64,000 nucleotides of DNA from an uncultured Methanosarcinaceae archaeon. Its GTDB lineage: Archaea; Halobacteriota; Methanosarcinia; Methanosarcinales; Methanosarcinaceae. Below, piece after piece: positions 58,448-64,000 of the stretch. The stretch is taken from assembly GCA_963833425.1 (NCBI GenBank), contig CAWHXP010000003.1:32001-96000 (forward strand), written 5' to 3'. The notes beneath the pieces are model-generated. The model saw only the letters and a program-made list of their open reading frames with translations. It had not been told where the DNA came from and ran no database searches. Made by a program: the position numbers and the translations under genes. The first letter of the stretch is position 1; each line of letters opens with the position of its first letter.

Positions 58448-59482
58448 TCATCCAAAAAGAGCACCGAGACCAGCCATTCCATCTTCTTCGGCATGGTCCT
58501 CCTCTACCTCTTCTGGTTCTTCTTTTTGTACTTCTTCCTTCTTAACAGGTACTGTGGCTGCTATCGCACTTGGTACAGCCTCGAGAACCTTTTTAAGGTC
58601 GTAGTCTACCGCATCTGAACCGCATTCTGCGGCTTTAGATGCGACGGAGATCATCTGTATATAGGCCCTTGATAGAAGGGAATCCATGATTCCTGAATCA
58701 AAAACAACAGCATTTACACCAAGGTTTTTTGCTTCTGTAGAGGCCTTTGCCAGCAGAGTGCCGATTGTTGCACTTGTAGGGTACGCAATGTTAACAGATA
58801 AATTGAAAGCGTTCTGATTTGCCTTGATAATATCAGAAAAGTATTGGTTTTCATCAATTGTAAGGAGTTCAGGCTCATAAATCATTTTTTCATCATAAGC
58901 TGCTCTTAGGTCCAACCCTATGATTAGAGGGTATATATCCAACTTTGAGAGCATAGTTGCGAGTTTTTGTGGGACTCCCTCACCGGCTTTACAGACAACC
59001 TTTGTTTCCTTTATCGCAACTTTTCCGGCTTCAATTGAAGCTGGAATCCCTGCACTCTGAAGTTCACCCAAAATAGGGCCAGGAGGGAAATTAGTAGGCC
59101 CTTTTTGAACGGTAATATCCATCGGAGAAATTGCGCCTCCTCTAATAGGTGACGGGGTCTTTGTACGCTCGAGCACTTTTTGAAGCTTGAAAGGACTTTC
59201 GTTAGTAAACACCAGAGCGGTCTGTTTGTCAAGGTATTTATTCATCCCTAGAATGCTTCCCCCAAGTTGATTTAAAGCCAGCTCTGTGAGAGTGTTCCTG
59301 GATACCTTAACCACCGCAACGTCTTTGAGGTCCCGACGAATCTTCTGGATCTTGACCGCAAGAATCCCTTCGATTCCTACCATTCCAAAGACCTTATGAG
59401 AGAGTATGAGTTTCTTTATTTTTTCAATTTCTTCTTTCTTCCACTTTGGGATATGCTCAGTGTGATGCTGTTCTTCCGCCAT
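58448..59482 (-). CDS. rplP0: 50S ribosomal protein P0/uL10
   Basis: IPKWK, VSRNTL, GPTNFPPGP, GLGALFG. Confidence 0.97.
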   Translation of the reverse strand: MAEEQHHTEHIPKWKKEEIEKIKKLILSHKVFGMVGIEGILAVKIQKIRRDLKDVAVVKVSRNTLTELALNQLGGSILGMNKYLDKQTALVFTNESPFKLQKVLERTKTPSPIRGGAISPMDITVQKGPTNFPPGPILGELQSAGIPASIEAGKVAIKETKVVCKAGEGVPQKLATMLSKLDIYPLIIGLDLRAAYDEKMIYEPELLTIDENQYFSDIIKANQNAFNLSVNIAYPTSATIGTLLAKASTEAKNLGVNAVVFDSGIMDSLLSRAYIQMISVASKAAECGSDAVDYDLKKVLEAVPSAIAATVPVKKEEVQKEEPEEVEEDHAEEDGMAGLGALFG

Positions 59483-60124
59483 TTACATCACCTTCTCTGA
59501 TTTACCCATGGTTGTCGTGACATAGATCGACCTAAGGTTGTGCTTGCCCTTATCCAGAATACGTTCCAACCTAGCTATAACAGTCTCAATGTTCTCGGCA
59601 AGGTCTTCAGGATTCATATCCCTCATTCCAACAGCCACATGGAAAGTAAGCCTGTCTTTTGACCTAAGCTTGACAGCATTCTTTTTACTTTGAATCAGTT
59701 CACCTACATCCTTGTTAGGTAATAACGGAATAGGCATTTTTCCTCTGGGCCCGAAAACAATACCAAGGTTCTTACCAATTGTCGGCATGAACTGAGTTTC
59801 TGCGATAAAAAGGTCACATTCATTTGCGAGAGTCCGGGCTCTATTCTTGTCAGCTGCCAGTTCTTCGAGTTCAACTTCAGAAATAACATACGCAGCACCG
59901 GCAGCTTTTGCCTTCAAGCCGACGTCACCTTTTGCAAAAACACCGATCTTCAGTTCTTTTCCGAGCCCATGTGGAAGAATTACTTCTTCATCGACTCTAT
60001 TCTTCGGTTGATTCATATCAAGATTTTTTAAGTTAATCGCCAGGTCCACACTTTCAGAGAAATTGCGTTTTGGAGATATCTCAAGTAATTTCTTGACAAC
60101 TTCCAGTATAATTTGTTCTGCCAT
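59483..60124 (-). CDS. rpl1: 50S ribosomal protein uL1
   Basis: RNFSESVDLAINL, GPRGKMP, TTTMG. Confidence 0.97.
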   Translation of the reverse strand: MAEQIILEVVKKLLEISPKRNFSESVDLAINLKNLDMNQPKNRVDEEVILPHGLGKELKIGVFAKGDVGLKAKAAGAAYVISEVELEELAADKNRARTLANECDLFIAETQFMPTIGKNLGIVFGPRGKMPIPLLPNKDVGELIQSKKNAVKLRSKDRLTFHVAVGMRDMNPEDLAENIETVIARLERILDKGKHNLRSIYVTTTMGKSEKVM

Positions 60125-60135
60125 TTCGTTCCTCC

Positions 60136-60185
60136 CTGTAGTATTTGAACTCGCGTGTCCAAGCAGCCTTAGAGGCTTACTACAG
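60136..60185 (-). promoter_or_regulatory. Structured three-way-junction 5' leader of rpl1
   Basis: CTGTAGTA/TACTACAG stem enclosing AGCC-TCTAA-GGCT and TTGGAC-ACGCGA-GTTCAA, touching the GGGAGG SD. Confidence 0.6.
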
Positions 60186-60365
60186 TTGGTTTTAGGGTTT
60201 CTAGTGAATCAGGATTCTGTCATTCTTGAAACATTAAACCAATAATAAATTTTTATAATTTGTTTCAGTAAAACCGTATTCAGAGTTCTTGAGCTATTAG
60301 TGGTATTCGATTTAAAACTATTGGTGTGTTAGACTACGGACCAAAATTTAAATGGTCTAAAAGGC

Positions 60366-60851
60366 TTACCATCCCTCATCGGCAAGTAAATCATCGAATT
60401 TGCCATTCTCGAGCGCCTTCTGGCAGTCCTTGGCCTTGACCCCTTCTACAGTCACACCCATCGGGACACAGGTCCCCATTACCTCTTTCATCGTTGATTT
60501 AAGATCATAAGAAAGCACATCTTCCTTTTTCATACGGGCAATTTTTATGACCTGGGGTATACTAATATTGCCAACAATTTCGCTTCCTGCATTTCCTGAC
60601 CCTTTCTGAATTCCTAACTCTTTCATGATTAAGGATGCAGTGGGGGGTATGCCTACTTCGATTTCGACATTTTTCTTGTCATCAACAATTACTTTTACAG
60701 GAACCTGCATTCCAATATAATCTCTGGTTTTTTCATTAATCTTTTCGACCACTTCTTTTATATTAACCCCGAGTGGACCAAGAGAAGGACCTAAAGGTGG
60801 CCCTGGATTCGCTTTTCCTCCTGGGACGAGTGCTTCAACGATACTTGTCAT
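60366..60851 (-). CDS. rpl11: 50S ribosomal protein uL11
   Basis: GGKANPGPPLGP, GTCVPMGV. Confidence 0.97.
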   Translation of the reverse strand: MTSIVEALVPGGKANPGPPLGPSLGPLGVNIKEVVEKINEKTRDYIGMQVPVKVIVDDKKNVEIEVGIPPTASLIMKELGIQKGSGNAGSEIVGNISIPQVIKIARMKKEDVLSYDLKSTMKEVMGTCVPMGVTVEGVKAKDCQKALENGKFDDLLADEGW

Positions 60852-61179
60852 ATGAGTTTCACCGATTTCACTAAGTATAAAATTTGAACATCTTTTTCAA
60901 AGCGTGTTCTGAATTTGATGAAATCACAAATGTCATAATTAATAAATGAGCTTTATGTATTTGTTTTCTTCATACAATTCATAGTTACGCATTATGTTCT
61001 TTTCCTTTGACAGTTGTTATTTCTTAGACTTATTCAGTGCCTTAAGAACCATTTTTAGTAAGAACAGCTATATTAATTAGTAACATCTGCCAAATTAAGG
61101 GATTACTTGTAATTTTATTTACTGATAAGCTGAAGTTTTTCTTTATAATTTTTCGTTCTTTTTCCACTAGATACCTAGC

Positions 61180-61638
61180 TCACTCATTTTCTCTTTTGAG
61201 CACCCTTACAGTATCGCCGCGAATAGTGATAGGAATCGGGACAACAGCATCAAACAGCTCTACAGTAATTTCCTCATGGCCTTCATCAACTCTTTTAACT
61301 CTAGCTTTCTCCCCCTTAAAAGGTCCTGAGGTAACCTCAATAATAGCTCCCTCCTTGATACCAGTTACGGTTGGTTTAGGCTTAAGGAAATGTACAATTT
61401 CAGCAACTGTAGAACTCCCTTTCACAATAGCCCTTGCATGGGGAATAGTCTGAATTGCTAGTTCCACGATTCCAGATATAGGAGCCTCGACAAGTACATA
61501 TCCTTTTAGCTCGTCGGGAGCCAGAATTGCCCTGATATCCAGTTTCTCCTTCTTTGAAATTTTGGCAAGGGCTGTTGCAACCGATCTTTCCTGGTTTGCT
61601 GTGGTTTTAATTACAAATATCTGGGAATCTTCATTCAT
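61180..61638 (-). CDS. spt5: Transcription elongation factor Spt5/NusG
   Basis: KTTANQE, KGYVLVE, KOW motif GPFKGE. Confidence 0.96.
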   Translation of the reverse strand: MNEDSQIFVIKTTANQERSVATALAKISKKEKLDIRAILAPDELKGYVLVEAPISGIVELAIQTIPHARAIVKGSSTVAEIVHFLKPKPTVTGIKEGAIIEVTSGPFKGEKARVKRVDEGHEEITVELFDAVVPIPITIRGDTVRVLKRENE

Positions 61639-61871
61639 TAGGCCACCCACTTGGGCAACACCGTCAACAATACATATATAACAAATCCTATTGCTCCCAC
61701 AGCCAGAATACCAATACCTGCAACTTTGGCAATGGTCAAGAACTCTTCCCTGGACGGTTTTTTTGTAAGTTTCAGTACTCTAATGTGTGCCCGGATAATC
61801 TGACCAATACTTTCTGCAGTCTGAACAATACTTTCTGCAGTTATATTCAATTTAAACGGAGATTCTACCAA
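61638..61871 (-). CDS. secE: Protein translocase SecE/Sec61-gamma
   Basis: [14 protein letters not shown] plus one TM helix; position between ftsZ and spt5. Confidence 0.95.
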   Translation of the reverse strand: MVESPFKLNITAESIVQTAESIGQIIRAHIRVLKLTKKPSREEFLTIAKVAGIGILAVGAIGFVIYVLLTVLPKWVA

Positions 61872-62380
61872 TCAATTCACATCCAGGTATATTAGATTAT
61901 TTGATCTCGAATTTTTTGCTCATAGTTATACCTATATGTTTACCGAATTCACTTTTATGCTCGATATTTATCATGTTATCTTTTAGGAGGTACCGAACGG
62001 ATTATATTACTGATTCCTATTATATGAAGATATCACTTATATTGATTAACATGAATCAGGACTATAAATTTCGGATTATTTTTTTCAAATACTTTAAACT
62101 GTTTCAGTATAAATTTTTTGTATTCAATACCAAATTTCATAGGCAAAAAAAGCATTTGCCATAAAAATAGTTTTCGATTGGATCGAGATTCCTAATCCCT
62201 ACGTTTAGACTTTTTATAATTTCCCGAGTTTTGAATGGATTGCATTCAATTTTTAGTGTAACTAATAACAACTTCTGAATATTCCAGAAAATATTAAAAA
62301 GTCTATTTTTCTTACTCTAATAAAGGAAAACAGCATTTTTTCCCAATCGAATATTTTAATTTCATTTATCTTTGATATAA

Positions 62381-63505
62381 TCACTCTACAAAATCAATTC
62401 CATATCTAAATGTAATATTTTTGTCACTTCCATGACCATAAATCTGAGCAGATGTTACTCCTGTGACTACGATCATAGTGCGGACGGTCTGTTCTAGATC
62501 AGGATCAATCTGGGCACCCCAGATCAGTCGAGCATTGCTGTCTATCCGGCTGTAAACTTCCTGAACAACACTTTCAGCTTCCGAAATTGTCATGTCAGGC
62601 CCTCCTACAACATTAACAAGAGCAGAGGTAGCGCCAGAGATATCTACATCAAGGAGCGGACTGCGCAGAGCTTTTTGTACGGATTCAACAGCTTTATTAT
62701 CACCTTCTGCTTCTCCGAGACCTATCATTGCAACACCTCCATTTTGCATAACAGTTCTAATATCTGCAAAATCAAGGTTTACGAGTCCAGGTTTCGTTAT
62801 TAATTCGGTTATGCCTTTCACAGCTCTCATAAGAACTTCATCCGAGACTTTGAAAGCAGCCTGAAGCGGAAGTCTTGGAACTACTTCAATTAGCTTATCA
62901 TTAGGGACCACTATAACTGTGTCTGCAACATCTCTCAAACGTTCCAGGCCAGCTTCTGCATTGGTCCTTCGAACATGACCTTCCACACTGAATGGAAGGG
63001 TTACTACTGCGATCGTAAGGGCTCCAGCATCTCTGGCAGCTTCAGCTACTACCGGTGCAGATCCAGTCCCGGTTCCTCCCCCGAGACCTGCAGTGATGAA
63101 AACCATATCAGCACCGTCAAAAAGCTTGTTAATTTCATCGATACTCTCTATTGCAGCATCCTCTCCTATCTGGGGAAGGCTTCCGGCTCCAAGTCCACGG
63201 GTTTTCTTTCTTCCGATAAGAATTTTTTTCCCGGAACGTATATGAAGGAGATGCTGAGCATCAGTATTTATGGCGATGAGATCTGCTCCCTGGATTCCTT
63301 CGCCCATCATACGCTGGATACTGTTCGAGCCGCCTCCTCCGCAACCTACCACTTTAATGGTTGTTTTAAGACTTCTAAGAATCTCCTCAAGTTCAGCATC
63401 GGTATCTGAGTCTGAATTAGAGTAATCTGAGTTTAAATACTCTCCCTGCCGGGCGCGTCCTTCCAGGGCAGATCGAGCAAGAGCTTCTTCCACAATGGAT
63501 TTCAT
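62381..63505 (-). CDS. ftsZ: Cell division protein FtsZ (FtsZ1 context)
   Basis: [23 protein letters not shown]. Confidence 0.97.
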   Translation of the reverse strand: MKSIVEEALARSALEGRARQGEYLNSDYSNSDSDTDAELEEILRSLKTTIKVVGCGGGGSNSIQRMMGEGIQGADLIAINTDAQHLLHIRSGKKILIGRKKTRGLGAGSLPQIGEDAAIESIDEINKLFDGADMVFITAGLGGGTGTGSAPVVAEAARDAGALTIAVVTLPFSVEGHVRRTNAEAGLERLRDVADTVIVVPNDKLIEVVPRLPLQAAFKVSDEVLMRAVKGITELITKPGLVNLDFADIRTVMQNGGVAMIGLGEAEGDNKAVESVQKALRSPLLDVDISGATSALVNVVGGPDMTISEAESVVQEVYSRIDSNARLIWGAQIDPDLEQTVRTMIVVTGVTSAQIYGHGSDKNITFRYGIDFVE

Positions 63506-63673
63506 GCTACTGTTTTCCTCCATCATAAGGTGTAATATTAAACGAATAGTATGGAAAGAACAACTTCATTCAATATATTTAGAGAATTATAATAAACCTC
63601 AGAAGATCTCTATAACCCCCCAATTTTAACAAATTGCTTATATAGACTTTATAAACAACTAGCCAAAAATTGT

Positions 63674-63760
63674 GGTATATCGAAATCGCTCTGATTCTCA
63701 CGAGTCATTTGTGCACATTTATAGACATATGACTAAATTAATGAGTTTATCTAAATTCTC
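63674..63760. repeat. ~85-bp MITE-like repeat, copy 3
   Basis: CTCTGATTCTCACGAGTCATTT...ATATGACTAAATT matches 20250-20338. Confidence 0.55.
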
Positions 63761-64000
63761 TTCATTTTTATCCATCACATATACGGTTTCCAATTTAATA
63801 GTTTTCCTTTGTCAAGTTTAACTTCATAATATTTTGCTTAATCATTTATTAACATTCCCTATTTTTCTGCTTGACATAAGATTTTTGCTCTTTACAGTTC
63901 CTAAGATTCGCTTTTCTTCTTTGTCCCCAATATTCTTTAATTTATCACTTAAAATTTTCATTTTTTATTTTTTTGTATTTCTGAAGCCGTTCCTGTATTT

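Noticed and set aside
58091..58510. Duplicated sequence at the ends of rplP0 and rpl12
   Set aside because: Well-known shared C-terminal motif of archaeal stalk proteins.

Overview
AT-rich archaeal DNA that reads as Methanosarcina (inferred from protein sequences and gene order: mtaB relic, bacterial-type N-ATPase atpD, DUF1890/DUF1894 pair, AMP phosphorylase-trm56, lysC-purM, hisH, ftsZ-secE-spt5-rpl11-rpl1-rplP0-rpl12, tRNA-His). Intact housekeeping islands alternate with heavily eroded accessory DNA: three IS6 copies, IS1/IS5/IS110/IS1634/IS605(TnpB) relics, several MITE-like families and many pseudogenes. The most striking structures not explained by annotation are: (1) four homologous promoter-bearing non-coding units at 54.0-56.7 kb, three keeping a ~110-nt core with two hairpins, an anti-Shine-Dalgarno motif and a tandem ACAAGATCAAC repeat complementary to the hairpin loop (candidate sRNA family); (2) a ~211-bp inverted repeat at 42.3-43.2 kb with no transposase; (3) an acetate-channel / OFA-MFS / gamma-carbonic-anhydrase cluster in which the two transporters share a homologous promoter block; (4) a small Met/His-repeat lipoprotein with a long hairpin leader. 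All alignments were done by eye and no database searches were run.
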